A stretch of DNA of 64,000 bases. Source: a virus. Of the stretch, positions 28,844 through 38,777 are shown piece by piece. Position 1 is the first letter of the stretch, and the number at the start of each line of letters is the position of its first letter. Under the pieces are notes generated by a model that worked only from the letters and a program-made list of their open reading frames with translations, was not told the DNA's origin and ran no database searches. The position numbers were made by a program, and so were the translations under genes. Location of the stretch: positions 2,637-66,636 of the IMG/VR virus record IMGVR_UViG_3300033141_004448; one strand, given 5' to 3'.

Positions 28844-30717
28844 GTATTATCCGTGATACCAATGAGAAAATAAGAAGTTATCTTAGCGGCGAACCGTTAT
28901 ACGTGATGATAAAATCGGGCGGTCAAGAGATCGCCTCAACAAGCGGTAAATACCAGACTATAATTTCAATTGATACACATTCTGATAAAAAAGAATTATA
29001 TGACACGTGTAGGATCGTTTTAGATAATAATAGGTTACAATATAATAACATGTTCGAAATAGACTATGAGGATTTCAAAGACGATACCAAATATTTTGAT
29101 AAATTACACGAAATAAACATAATAGTTCGTACAGAAGACGGTAAAGAAGACGTGATATTTGGTGGCTTCGTTCGCAGGACAATAGCAAGGTATAACTCCA
29201 CTCAGGGTTATACATACGTTATCGATTGTGCGAGTTATGAGTGGGTACTTTCAGTCGTGAAGCTTGAAAAGGAGCTTGAAATTAAAACTGGCGAAGACCC
29301 AATGAATGCAATAAAATTACTCGTGAGTGCCGCTTTGCCAAAATATCCGATAAAAGACATGTATATTAGGACATTTCATAGTGGATGGTATAAAAATACA
29401 AGTTTTCATTTTCAAGTAGGATTATCATATTTACATGTAATACGAAAGATATGCTTCTCATTACTAAGCGTGTATTGGATAGACGCAAGAGGTAATCATC
29501 ACATTGTGAGAAGGGATGAATATTTCGATAAACCTAGTTTAGGATTGGTACCGTCATTTCCAAAATTGAAATATGGTGAAGATATAATCAGTGCAGAGTT
29601 CGAAGAAATTGACCTTAATGATTATTATGAAAAAGTTGTCGTTCACGCATACGCTCTTGCCTCAAGTTGGAGTAAAAATACAAACGTTCCACGTACAGGT
29701 GTTGCTGGTGCAAGACTCAATGATAAAAGTAAGAAACGCGTGCTACATTTATACCTTGGATTTCTTTCTTCAGACGAAATTCAAAGTTATCTTAACATAT
29801 TAGCAAAAGATATACTTAAACGTGTAAATGGAACTCCTTTTAAATTATCACTTACTATAAATGGAAAACCAAATATAAAGGCAAAAGAAACTAGGCTTGA
29901 AAATCCATTAAATTCTTTAATTTCAGTGAAAAGCAGGAATGACATAGTTTATATTTATGCACCAATGCCACTTGACATGGGTGTAACAATTCAGAATGAA
30001 ATTGATAGACCAAACGTGATAAGGCGACCGACACGAAGCAATACAATCGCAAAAATAAGTTCATTTTTCAGGCGAAGAGCTGATATAATGCAAGGATTTT
30101 ACTTCGTTAATTCTGTTTCACATAGTATTTCGGCAAGTGGGTATATCACGAAGTTAGAGCTATCGCAAAAGTACTATGAAACTAAGACGGATTTCATGCG
30201 TTTCTTGAATAAAGAAATGATGAAAATGATCGACCAAACGATTTTTGTAGGATACATACACTCTGTCAATGCAAGTAAAGATCCGCCAATAGTAAGCGTG
30301 AAATTACGAAATGATGAAATATTAAATAACGTGCGGTTATCAACGTGGAACACGTCAATAAATCAAGGCGTGTATTACATTCCTAAGGTGAATGACCGCG
30401 TGATAATAGCAAGAATTTCGGCAAGTGAATGTTATGTGATTGCTTCGATTTATACTGATGAAACTAATAATAAAAAGGAAAATGAAATAAGAATTGGCGA
30501 ACATTCTATTAAAATCGACTCCAATGGCAATCTTACATTCGGCGTGTCTGGTGGCACGGCAAAGCGCATAGCATTGGAAGATCATACTCACACTCTCACG
30601 AGTAGTCATACTCATATAGGTAATCTCGGTAATCCAACAGGTCCACCTACAAATCAAGACTCGGCACAAGAACCGACAACAGGGTTATCAAATTCAAAAA
30701 TAAAATGTGAAAAATAA
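28840..30717 (+). CDS. Fused baseplate hub plus central spike (VgrG-like architecture)
   Basis: gpD-like region (IFGGFV...V.SVSHSISASGYITKLEL), then gpV-like OB region (PKVNDRVII) and HxH tip (HTH...HTHIGNLGNPTGPP). Confidence 0.7.
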   Translation: MSIIRDTNEKIRSYLSGEPLYVMIKSGGQEIASTSGKYQTIISIDTHSDKKELYDTCRIVLDNNRLQYNNMFEIDYEDFKDDTKYFDKLHEINIIVRTEDGKEDVIFGGFVRRTIARYNSTQGYTYVIDCASYEWVLSVVKLEKELEIKTGEDPMNAIKLLVSAALPKYPIKDMYIRTFHSGWYKNTSFHFQVGLSYLHVIRKICFSLLSVYWIDARGNHHIVRRDEYFDKPSLGLVPSFPKLKYGEDIISAEFEEIDLNDYYEKVVVHAYALASSWSKNTNVPRTGVAGARLNDKSKKRVLHLYLGFLSSDEIQSYLNILAKDILKRVNGTPFKLSLTINGKPNIKAKETRLENPLNSLISVKSRNDIVYIYAPMPLDMGVTIQNEIDRPNVIRRPTRSNTIAKISSFFRRRADIMQGFYFVNSVSHSISASGYITKLELSQKYYETKTDFMRFLNKEMMKMIDQTIFVGYIHSVNASKDPPIVSVKLRNDEILNNVRLSTWNTSINQGVYYIPKVNDRVIIARISASECYVIASIYTDETNNKKENEIRIGEHSIKIDSNGNLTFGVSGGTAKRIALEDHTHTLTSSHTHIGNLGNPTGPPTNQDSAQEPTTGLSNSKIKCEK

Positions 30718-31373
30718 TGGTATCAATTGTCGATATATACGGAACTGGCAAGCGTGTTATCGTGAAGCGTGATGGCACGATAGATACTGACGTTACTGGT
30801 AGTGGTGATTTTCGCACGAGTAGCGGTAAAGAAAATCTCATTAACAGGATAATATTACGGTTAATGATCCGTAAAGGTGAGATTGAAAGCGACCCTGAAA
30901 TCGGTTCAGATTTATATCAATTATTGGGATTGCCGATTACCGCACTTACAAAGGAATGGTTTAAAATACTCACTTACGATGCAATAATACGCGATCCCGT
31001 TGTTAGAGAAGTCGAAAACATACAGGTATTCGAAGACTCAAGCATAAAAGGAATGGTAAGAATCACGGGTAGCATAATTCCTGTTACAGAATACAATCAG
31101 GTAATTGACGAAGCGCACGATTACATTGAAGGCGTGTCGTCTTATGAATTAGATCAATCACACGTCAGAGAAATTACAGAAGCAAAAGGATTTGTCGGAA
31201 ATAACTTAATTTATCTCATTAAGAATCGCGATTACATTCAACACGGCGACTCAATAGAATTTATCGGTGAGATAGTGCCTAATGGAGGATTTTTAGTGTC
31301 ATACCAATATTACGTGGTTAGCGAGTATAATGACGAACCAATCAATTTTGATATACCGTATGGAGGACAATAA
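30717..31373 (+). CDS. Baseplate wedge gp25/gpW-like protein with C-terminal extra domain
   Basis: SGKENL...RL...GE...PEIGSDL...DPVV. Confidence 0.75.
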   Translation: MVSIVDIYGTGKRVIVKRDGTIDTDVTGSGDFRTSSGKENLINRIILRLMIRKGEIESDPEIGSDLYQLLGLPITALTKEWFKILTYDAIIRDPVVREVENIQVFEDSSIKGMVRITGSIIPVTEYNQVIDEAHDYIEGVSSYELDQSHVREITEAKGFVGNNLIYLIKNRDYIQHGDSIEFIGEIVPNGGFLVSYQYYVVSEYNDEPINFDIPYGGQ

Positions 31374-33104
31374 ATGCCCGAATTTGTAAGAATTGAAAGC
31401 CCATTTGAGGATAAACCCTCACGTCAAGAGTTACGTGAGCAATTACGTGATCATGTCGTGCGTGGAATTGTAAAAGTGAAAGACGAAACTTTCACGTATA
31501 TTAGTGGAACTAATACTTATACACTTGACCATTCACCATATTCACCTACAAGTAATAACTTTGAAATTGAAGGCACTTATAACACAGAACCGCGTGTATT
31601 TATCTTTGGAACTGACTACACGATAAGCGGTCGCACGATCACGTGGAATACAAGCGAAACCGTGCCGGATAATAACACGACATTTTACGTGGATTATACG
31701 TATCAGGGAACTTTATCGGGAATACGTGATGAAGATCCTGCATCACTTGTAATGATAGAACTTGAAGCGTGTGGCAATGCATTAGACGATATCTATGACG
31801 ATCTCAAGCGAACGTATTATTCTGCATACGTTGAAACGGCAACTGGTAACGATTTAGAAAAAGTAGCAGCATTAGTCGGTGCAACAAGAACATCGGCAGG
31901 AAAATCTTCAGGAACGTTAAAATTAATATTCAGTCAAGCGGCAACTATTGTCGATCCCGTTGTAGTTCCTGCAGAAAATAGATTTTCCACGAGATCAACC
32001 ACTTCTGAAGAACCAATTTATTTCAAGACACCGACAGGTTCAACGTTTAATACAGGTCAAACGTACGGGTATATCGGCATAGAGGCACTTGTCGGTGGTA
32101 AAAACGGTAATGTCGGTAACAGCACGATAAACGTAATCGTGGACTCAATCACGAATGTTGAAAGTTGTACCAATCCTTCCGCATTAAGTGGCGGAACTGA
32201 CAAAGAAGATGACGATGATTTTCGTGATAGGATACCACTTGCAAAAGAAAGCAAAGGTAAATCAACTGCCAATGCATTAATTTTTGACTTGAATAACATA
32301 CCCGGTGTTAGCTCTGTAAAGCCAAAAAATAATTGGTTTGCAACGGCACACTCGGCATTATTTGTTACGCCAGAAACGTTTCCCGCGTCATCGTCATTAC
32401 AACAAAAAGTAGATGACGCTATTAATTCTGGTGTTGCATTCGGTTGTAAGATCACTGCTTTATATCCAAAGGTAATTAATGCGTGGATGACCGTTGATGT
32501 TGAGCGTACTTCCGCGTCAGACTCAGGTGCGTTATTTAATACTATAAGCGGTAACGCGTGGAATTATTTCGAAGGATTAGGGTTAGGCGATAGGTTCATA
32601 CAACAACAATTCACGAAAGAAATACTTTCGCCAGTCGATATCGTGAGGGTAAAATCATTTACAATATCAGAAACGGGTAACACTGATTTATATATCAACA
32701 CGGATCAAGTAATGAGAATGGGTTATCGCGTGAACACGACTGGTAATAGTTTAGGAGTGTTCAATGAAGGTGAAGTAATACCTTGCACGGGAGATTATTC
32801 TACGGGATGGGTTTCCGCAATTGGAATTGACACTATTGAAAGCGGGTTATCCGTTTTTGCAACACACGTATATAAAATCAATGCCGTGTATCTTAATGAC
32901 AGCACGTTGTGTAATGAAGGAAGCGATTACCGCTTATATTCAAGTGGTTACCCGAGCGGAGATGCTTTCTATAACACGAGTAGAATAAGTGCAATCGAAT
33001 GGTTATCTGGCGCAACAAATTATCCTCTTAGTGGTGATGATTATAGCGTGTTATATCAGTACAATGCTTTTCAAGCCAATATGACAAGTACAGGTGAGTT
33101 TTAA
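31374..33104 (+). CDS. Baseplate J-like protein
   Basis: ATGNDLE...R, GKNGNV, GGTDKEDDDDFRDR, IPGV. Confidence 0.9.
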   Translation: MPEFVRIESPFEDKPSRQELREQLRDHVVRGIVKVKDETFTYISGTNTYTLDHSPYSPTSNNFEIEGTYNTEPRVFIFGTDYTISGRTITWNTSETVPDNNTTFYVDYTYQGTLSGIRDEDPASLVMIELEACGNALDDIYDDLKRTYYSAYVETATGNDLEKVAALVGATRTSAGKSSGTLKLIFSQAATIVDPVVVPAENRFSTRSTTSEEPIYFKTPTGSTFNTGQTYGYIGIEALVGGKNGNVGNSTINVIVDSITNVESCTNPSALSGGTDKEDDDDFRDRIPLAKESKGKSTANALIFDLNNIPGVSSVKPKNNWFATAHSALFVTPETFPASSSLQQKVDDAINSGVAFGCKITALYPKVINAWMTVDVERTSASDSGALFNTISGNAWNYFEGLGLGDRFIQQQFTKEILSPVDIVRVKSFTISETGNTDLYINTDQVMRMGYRVNTTGNSLGVFNEGEVIPCTGDYSTGWVSAIGIDTIESGLSVFATHVYKINAVYLNDSTLCNEGSDYRLYSSGYPSGDAFYNTSRISAIEWLSGATNYPLSGDDYSVLYQYNAFQANMTSTGEF

Positions 33105-34961
33105 GTGGTTGATACTGGCGTTACTACAAGGACATCAGGTAGCTCACTCGTATTGGGATACCTTCCTCACGTTATTGGCAATAACAGCATGATTTCTGAT
33201 TGGCTAGAAGCGATCGGAGAATCAATCACGGAATTTACAAAAATAAGAGAACGAAAAGTAAGAAATCAACATTGGATAGATACTACTGAAGGTTCAAATT
33301 TAGATAAAATCGGATTAGGTCTTGCGAATATCAAGCGTTATGGTGATGATGATGAAAAGTATCGCTATAGAATAAAATCCGTGATGGGTTTTGACGGCGG
33401 CGGAAATCTTAATACCATGACGGGAATGGCACAAATGGAATACAACACGGGTTCGTGGTTTGCGTGGCACGTTCTCCGAAAAGGTATTGGTGATGGGTTA
33501 GAATGTAATAGGTTTGGTCGTTGTTTTGGAGAAAGTGGTCGTGCAACATTAATTGAATGGTTATATCAATCTGGTCAAACATTCGGTTCTTCTGCAGATA
33601 GGTTTAACAATAACGTTGAGCAATTTAAGGCATTAGGCGTAACGTATCAAGGTTTTGGAGAAACATTACCGTCAGATCTTGACTATGGTAATAGTGATAC
33701 TGGTGGGTGGTATTATAGTAGTACCGGAACTGAATTATATCCATTTACGGTAAGCGTGAGTTCAACGGGAATTAGTTATATTTATGGCGGTAGTTCCATC
33801 CACGTTTCGTTTATAAGTACTGGTGACGGCACGCGAATTACTAAAATAATCAATCCACCATTTAACCTTTTAGAATCAGGTCATACTACATTTAATTTTT
33901 GGGTGGCAGGGAATAACCCGAATTTAGTATTCGATAAAATAAGGTTATTCAGTTCTGTATATGTAGGAAATATCAATAATGGAACTACAGTAGTGTATGA
34001 AACTGGTCATTTCACGTCATGGACTGGTGGGACGTTTAAAAATGAAGCCAATTGGAATGATCCTGCAAGTTTTACAGTGAGTGAGGGAGCTAGTACAGAC
34101 GTTCGCGTGATACCAGAAACAGGCGACCATTTAAAAGTCGTTGAATTATATGATAATAATAACTCGGCAAGTTGTAAAATACAATTAGATTTTCCTAGCG
34201 ATAAATCAACAGGCACGGTAGAATTTTGGTACCGCATTACTGACGGCACGCAACCGTGTGATATTTGGGATTGCTACGAAGGCGGAACACGCAGATTTAT
34301 TCTCGGCGTGGACTCTAATAATTTACAATACTATGATGGCAGTTGGAATAACATAACTACAATAAACGATAATGAGTGGTACCATTTAAAAATTACATTT
34401 CGTACCGCAACTGGTACGTCATTTGATGGGTTAAATACTAACGAATGGAATTTACACGTTACAAGCGGCGGATCGTTTGGTATTAACGGTATTACTGGCG
34501 CAACTACTACAAAATATGGTGGTTTTCCGTTCAGTGCAAACGGTAATAATATAAACAAAATGATTGCAGATACACGTTCTGCGTCTTACGGTTATTCAAT
34601 GTTTTTTGATGCCGTTGATTATGATGGTAATACCGGATATTATGACGGTAGAAATAAAAACTTTGATTCTGGTTCAGTAATAAATTGGACAACTGGAATA
34701 TCATTCGGTAATGACTACCTTGATTACACGAAAGACGAAAGCGGCAACTACTTCACGGGATATTCTTTCCCGACAACATTACAAAATTTTCGGGTTGATT
34801 TATACAACTACGATAAAACATATACTGGAAGTGGATTCAATTCTACTTCAGTATCAGGCGTTAGTTTCATGTTTAAAGGAGAAACTGGTAGCTCGATTGA
34901 CCTTTATTTTGACGGGCTACATTTCGGAAAAAGATATATGAGTACGGGTTCAAATATGTAG
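33105..34961 (+). CDS. Baseplate wedge/tail protein with LamG-like lectin domain
   Basis: GSNLDKIG...DDEKYRYRI wedge motif; GTVEFW...EWYHLKITF ConA-like domain. Confidence 0.7.
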   Translation: MVDTGVTTRTSGSSLVLGYLPHVIGNNSMISDWLEAIGESITEFTKIRERKVRNQHWIDTTEGSNLDKIGLGLANIKRYGDDDEKYRYRIKSVMGFDGGGNLNTMTGMAQMEYNTGSWFAWHVLRKGIGDGLECNRFGRCFGESGRATLIEWLYQSGQTFGSSADRFNNNVEQFKALGVTYQGFGETLPSDLDYGNSDTGGWYYSSTGTELYPFTVSVSSTGISYIYGGSSIHVSFISTGDGTRITKIINPPFNLLESGHTTFNFWVAGNNPNLVFDKIRLFSSVYVGNINNGTTVVYETGHFTSWTGGTFKNEANWNDPASFTVSEGASTDVRVIPETGDHLKVVELYDNNNSASCKIQLDFPSDKSTGTVEFWYRITDGTQPCDIWDCYEGGTRRFILGVDSNNLQYYDGSWNNITTINDNEWYHLKITFRTATGTSFDGLNTNEWNLHVTSGGSFGINGITGATTTKYGGFPFSANGNNINKMIADTRSASYGYSMFFDAVDYDGNTGYYDGRNKNFDSGSVINWTTGISFGNDYLDYTKDESGNYFTGYSFPTTLQNFRVDLYNYDKTYTGSGFNSTSVSGVSFMFKGETGSSIDLYFDGLHFGKRYMSTGSNM

Positions 34962-34971
34962 GTGAATAAAA

Positions 34972-36024
34972 ATGACAACATTCGGTTCGAAAAATGTTTA
35001 TGATAGCAACGTGGATAAATCCGTCTGGAAATTATGGTCGGATGGTTCTGCATTCAATGATGTAAATGCAAACGTGTACCCGATCGACTTTGTGATCGGG
35101 ACTGGTCAAGGGTTTATTGCAGGGTATGATACGGGCGGGTTTAAAGTTACAACCGATGGTGCTACAGGATTAACGATTAATAGCGGCGTGTATTATTGCC
35201 GTACTACAAATACTACAATGGCTAATGATAATAATCGTCATACGGCAGTACGTATCTACGCTCCTAATGCCGTAACATTAGATCTTCATCCATTCAGTAG
35301 TGCATTAAGTGAAACGGGATATTCATTCGTTTACCTTGATGATGCTGGTGCTGTCTATGAAGCAACGGGAATGGATTGGAGTGGTGCAGTATCATCAGTT
35401 TCAGAAAAAGTCTTACTTGCTAAAATCATCCGTGATGGAAATAACACGGTAACACAAAGTGATATCATTGATGAACGAATTACGATACAAAAACCAATAA
35501 TTGATGAAATATTATTTAACGAGCGTGTTGATACACCAAAAAGTGAAGACGGAAGAATGTATCATAATAACAATGAATTATTCTTTTATTCATCACATCC
35601 ATCAAAAATGTGGAGGTCGTTATCTCATCAAATTATTAAATGGAAAAAAGTGTATCAGGGAAATGGTCAAAGTACAAATAGTACGTCTTATGTTGATGTT
35701 AATGGATTAACACTTACCATGACTGCACCGCGTGATTGTACTGCCATAGCATTCTTTTTTGGAGCGGCTGGTATAGAAAATGCTGTAGGTGTAAGACAAT
35801 CTGTAATAATAGTAATTGATGGTGATAATTCTGAAAATGTGGTAATACAAAAATCTGGTAGTAATAATTATTATTATCCTTTGTCTAACATACACATACG
35901 TGATGTTAGTAGTGGTAGCTTTGACGTGAAAGTCCAACATAAAACTGACAATGCATCGTATAACACATTAACCGTTGGAACATTATTTGTTTTCTTAGTT
36001 GAAAAAATTGAAGAAACAACGTGA
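34972..36024 (+). CDS. Tail fibre/receptor-binding protein (putative)
   Basis: LLAKI...IIDER fibre-base motif; C-terminal STSYVDVNGLTLT beta-sandwich. Confidence 0.65.
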   Translation: MTTFGSKNVYDSNVDKSVWKLWSDGSAFNDVNANVYPIDFVIGTGQGFIAGYDTGGFKVTTDGATGLTINSGVYYCRTTNTTMANDNNRHTAVRIYAPNAVTLDLHPFSSALSETGYSFVYLDDAGAVYEATGMDWSGAVSSVSEKVLLAKIIRDGNNTVTQSDIIDERITIQKPIIDEILFNERVDTPKSEDGRMYHNNNELFFYSSHPSKMWRSLSHQIIKWKKVYQGNGQSTNSTSYVDVNGLTLTMTAPRDCTAIAFFFGAAGIENAVGVRQSVIIVIDGDNSENVVIQKSGSNNYYYPLSNIHIRDVSSGSFDVKVQHKTDNASYNTLTVGTLFVFLVEKIEETT

Positions 36025-36034
36025 GGTAATTTAA

Positions 36035-36337
36035 ATGAATCATGTCCTTAATTATAAGAAAAATCATGCTTTAAGTGATGTACTAATTAAATTAAAAGAA
36101 TCAAATATCATAATTGATGGGAATGAAAAATGGATTAATAGTGATGGTAAAAATATTTCATTTTTTTCACGTGTGAAGTTTACCGATAAAGAAAAAAATG
36201 AAATTGACAATTTTATATCATCATATAAATACGAACCACAAAAAGAAAAGGAAGTATTAATTACTAAAATTAATAATTCAAAATCATTAGATGAATTATG
36301 TGATGTTATTAAAGAAATAGTAAATAAAATATATTAA
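36035..36337 (+). CDS. Hypothetical protein (possible fibre chaperone)
   Basis: GAGGT RBS; follows the fibre gene. Confidence 0.45.
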   Translation: MNHVLNYKKNHALSDVLIKLKESNIIIDGNEKWINSDGKNISFFSRVKFTDKEKNEIDNFISSYKYEPQKEKEVLITKINNSKSLDELCDVIKEIVNKIY

Positions 36338-36847
36338 GTGTTAAATATGTTAATGGAGATAGATAGCTTCATACACCTCGGCATACTCGTGCTCTTCGGG
36401 ATTGGCGGTGGTGTTGTCGCATACGCCATTTCATTCTTCGGTAAATACATTGGAGAACCTGAAGAAGACGAACTCACAAGGCGAAAGAAATCCATTGGTG
36501 TCGGTATATCTACTTTTATCTCGCTTTGCGTTTACTGGTATTTCACGCCCGGATTATTGATGTTCTCGTGGTCAAACATACTATTCATGTTAATGATACT
36601 CGGAACGAATACTGGTGCTGTTGAAGTGTTAAGTAAGCTATACGACTGGCTTGATATTGGTAAAGATGATGAGAAGAAACTTGAGAAACTAAAGAAATCA
36701 AGAGAAAAATTCGAGAAAATTGTTAGCGTGAACACGAAACGGATAAAAGCAATTGATGAAGAACGAAGCAAGCTCGAAGCGTCAATTGCAATGCACGAAA
36801 AGGAACTCGAAAAACTAATGTCGGGAAACATGTTGCAAGAGGAATAA
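36338..36847 (+). CDS. Multi-pass membrane protein with coiled-coil tail
   Basis: Three hydrophobic segments and a charged C-terminal coil. Confidence 0.6.
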   Translation: MLNMLMEIDSFIHLGILVLFGIGGGVVAYAISFFGKYIGEPEEDELTRRKKSIGVGISTFISLCVYWYFTPGLLMFSWSNILFMLMILGTNTGAVEVLSKLYDWLDIGKDDEKKLEKLKKSREKFEKIVSVNTKRIKAIDEERSKLEASIAMHEKELEKLMSGNMLQEE

Positions 36848-36850
36848 CCG

Positions 36851-37330
36851 ATGGATCTTCTTTCCACTTTTTTTGTAATTATAAGTGGCATCGGTACACT
36901 ACTAGGCATGGGATATACAATATACCGTTATTGGAGGGCATACACGCGGCAGGAAATACGTGAGGCAACACAAGAATGGGCAATCAATGAGTGCCGAATT
37001 GAACGCGGTAAAGTGCCAATAGTGTTTGACAGCCGTGAATCGCACGTCCTGACAATATACCATAAAGGAGAGCAATTATTTTTGCAGTCAATTCATTCGC
37101 CAAACAAGCAATTAAAGAAGGCGATTAAGCTCGGGATAACATTAATTAACGAGCAAGCGGCAATCAATCGAATGACATCAAAGCAACGAAAGCAAAAGCA
37201 AAAATTACTCAAGCAAAAACAAAAAGAACTAAACGAAATATTAAGGCAAGAAAAACGCGAGCTTCACAAAAAATACAAAAAATTGAGAAAGATAAACAAG
37301 CGTATCGAGCAACTTGAATCTAAAAAATAA
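36851..37330 (+). CDS. Membrane-anchored coiled-coil protein
   Basis: N-terminal TM helix, K/Q-rich coil. Confidence 0.6.
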   Translation: MDLLSTFFVIISGIGTLLGMGYTIYRYWRAYTRQEIREATQEWAINECRIERGKVPIVFDSRESHVLTIYHKGEQLFLQSIHSPNKQLKKAIKLGITLINEQAAINRMTSKQRKQKQKLLKQKQKELNEILRQEKRELHKKYKKLRKINKRIEQLESKK

Positions 37331-37456
37331 TTCATTAATTTATCTATTTTTTTTCACAACTAGCTTTTTAATTTTAAAATCTCATTAATTTATCACGGTC
37401 TTCACAAGATTTTTATTAGCGAATGTTAATAACCATATTAAAAAAAACGTGGTTGA

Positions 37457-38773
37457 ATGTCAAAAAAACAAAAAATTGATCGTGTAAGGCAACTAATATC
37501 TGAAGGAAAAGTGAGATTAATTGCTGTAGAGCAATCATTTGCTCATGCAAAAACTGAAGGAACTGATAATACACACGACACATTTATTTTCGGAAGCATT
37601 TCATTTTGCACTTGCCGAGGATTCATGTATCGTGGTAATTGCAATCACGTTAAAGCATTAAGAAATATTGTAAATGTACAGGAGGTAACTAAAATACCGA
37701 AATTAGCAACATTATGTCCAAACTTGAATGCATTTTTTGAAGGCGGGTTACCATTAGGCGATCTAATTTTAATTTGTGGCTTAGCCGCAGTAAACAAGAC
37801 GTTACTTGCACTTGATCTTACACTTTGTTATCAGGCGCAATATCCCGATAAAAATGCATTACTAATTTTAACGGAAGAAAGGATGGAGAATACATTAAAC
37901 GTTTTGTTAGATAATTACTCAAAGAAATATCACCTCAATATCAAGCGTGCAGAATGGTTTATTGAAGGTGATGAAAAATACGGCAAGCAGGGAACAAAGC
38001 AAGAAAACGTGGTGAAAAAATTTATCATAAAACGTAATGAGTTAAAGCCCGACATAGGTGATGAAACGGGTTATCTCATTACCGGGTACATTCCAAATCT
38101 TTATGATATAATGACGCTCATTGGAAGACCGGGAGTGTTCACGACTCCTGACACAAAGGATGAAAAGGGATACCAAAGGTGGATTGATTTACCGGGAGAA
38201 GTTTATCACGTACAAAAAACATTACTCGCACAATTCATTGAGCGGTATAATATCGGATGGATTGTTACTGACAGCATAACATTTCCTGTAAAAACAGAGT
38301 GGGTTCTTGCACAAAGCAATTATCCTTCCAGAAATCAGTTATACGGTCGGTGGCTAGGTAGATACATGCATATCTGTTCGCACTATGGCATAACAATGAT
38401 CAATATTGCTCACGGCGTGCCACCTAGTGCAATGAGTTTTACTTCTTCTGGCGAAGAGAAGGCGTGGGGTGGTCAAAATGTTCTCCATTCTCATAAGTAC
38501 GTTATTCGGCTAAAACGAATGACAAAAAAACTTGATGGCATTGACGTGCCAAATTATAACAATAAACGTCGCGTGTATATGGATAGGTGGGGTACGAAAG
38601 AAGCGAATAAGCTTGACTCAAGCGGAAAGCCGATATACGCGGTAATAGAAGTTAGAGATGATGGTTTCTTTGACGTAGGAAGTAGCATTCCGAAAAAAAC
38701 CGAAAGCAAAAAAGCGGAAGTTAAGAAACCCGCTAAAAAGAAAAAAATGAAAAAATTAAAAATGAAAAGGTGA
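37457..38773 (+). CDS. RadA/RadB-like recombinase with N-terminal SWIM zinc finger
   Basis: CTCRG...CNH SWIM; LNAFFEGGLPLG; Walker A GLAAVNKT; Walker B IVTDS; WGGQNVLH. Confidence 0.8.
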   Translation: MSKKQKIDRVRQLISEGKVRLIAVEQSFAHAKTEGTDNTHDTFIFGSISFCTCRGFMYRGNCNHVKALRNIVNVQEVTKIPKLATLCPNLNAFFEGGLPLGDLILICGLAAVNKTLLALDLTLCYQAQYPDKNALLILTEERMENTLNVLLDNYSKKYHLNIKRAEWFIEGDEKYGKQGTKQENVVKKFIIKRNELKPDIGDETGYLITGYIPNLYDIMTLIGRPGVFTTPDTKDEKGYQRWIDLPGEVYHVQKTLLAQFIERYNIGWIVTDSITFPVKTEWVLAQSNYPSRNQLYGRWLGRYMHICSHYGITMINIAHGVPPSAMSFTSSGEEKAWGGQNVLHSHKYVIRLKRMTKKLDGIDVPNYNNKRRVYMDRWGTKEANKLDSSGKPIYAVIEVRDDGFFDVGSSIPKKTESKKAEVKKPAKKKKMKKLKMKR

Positions 38774-38777
38774 TAAG

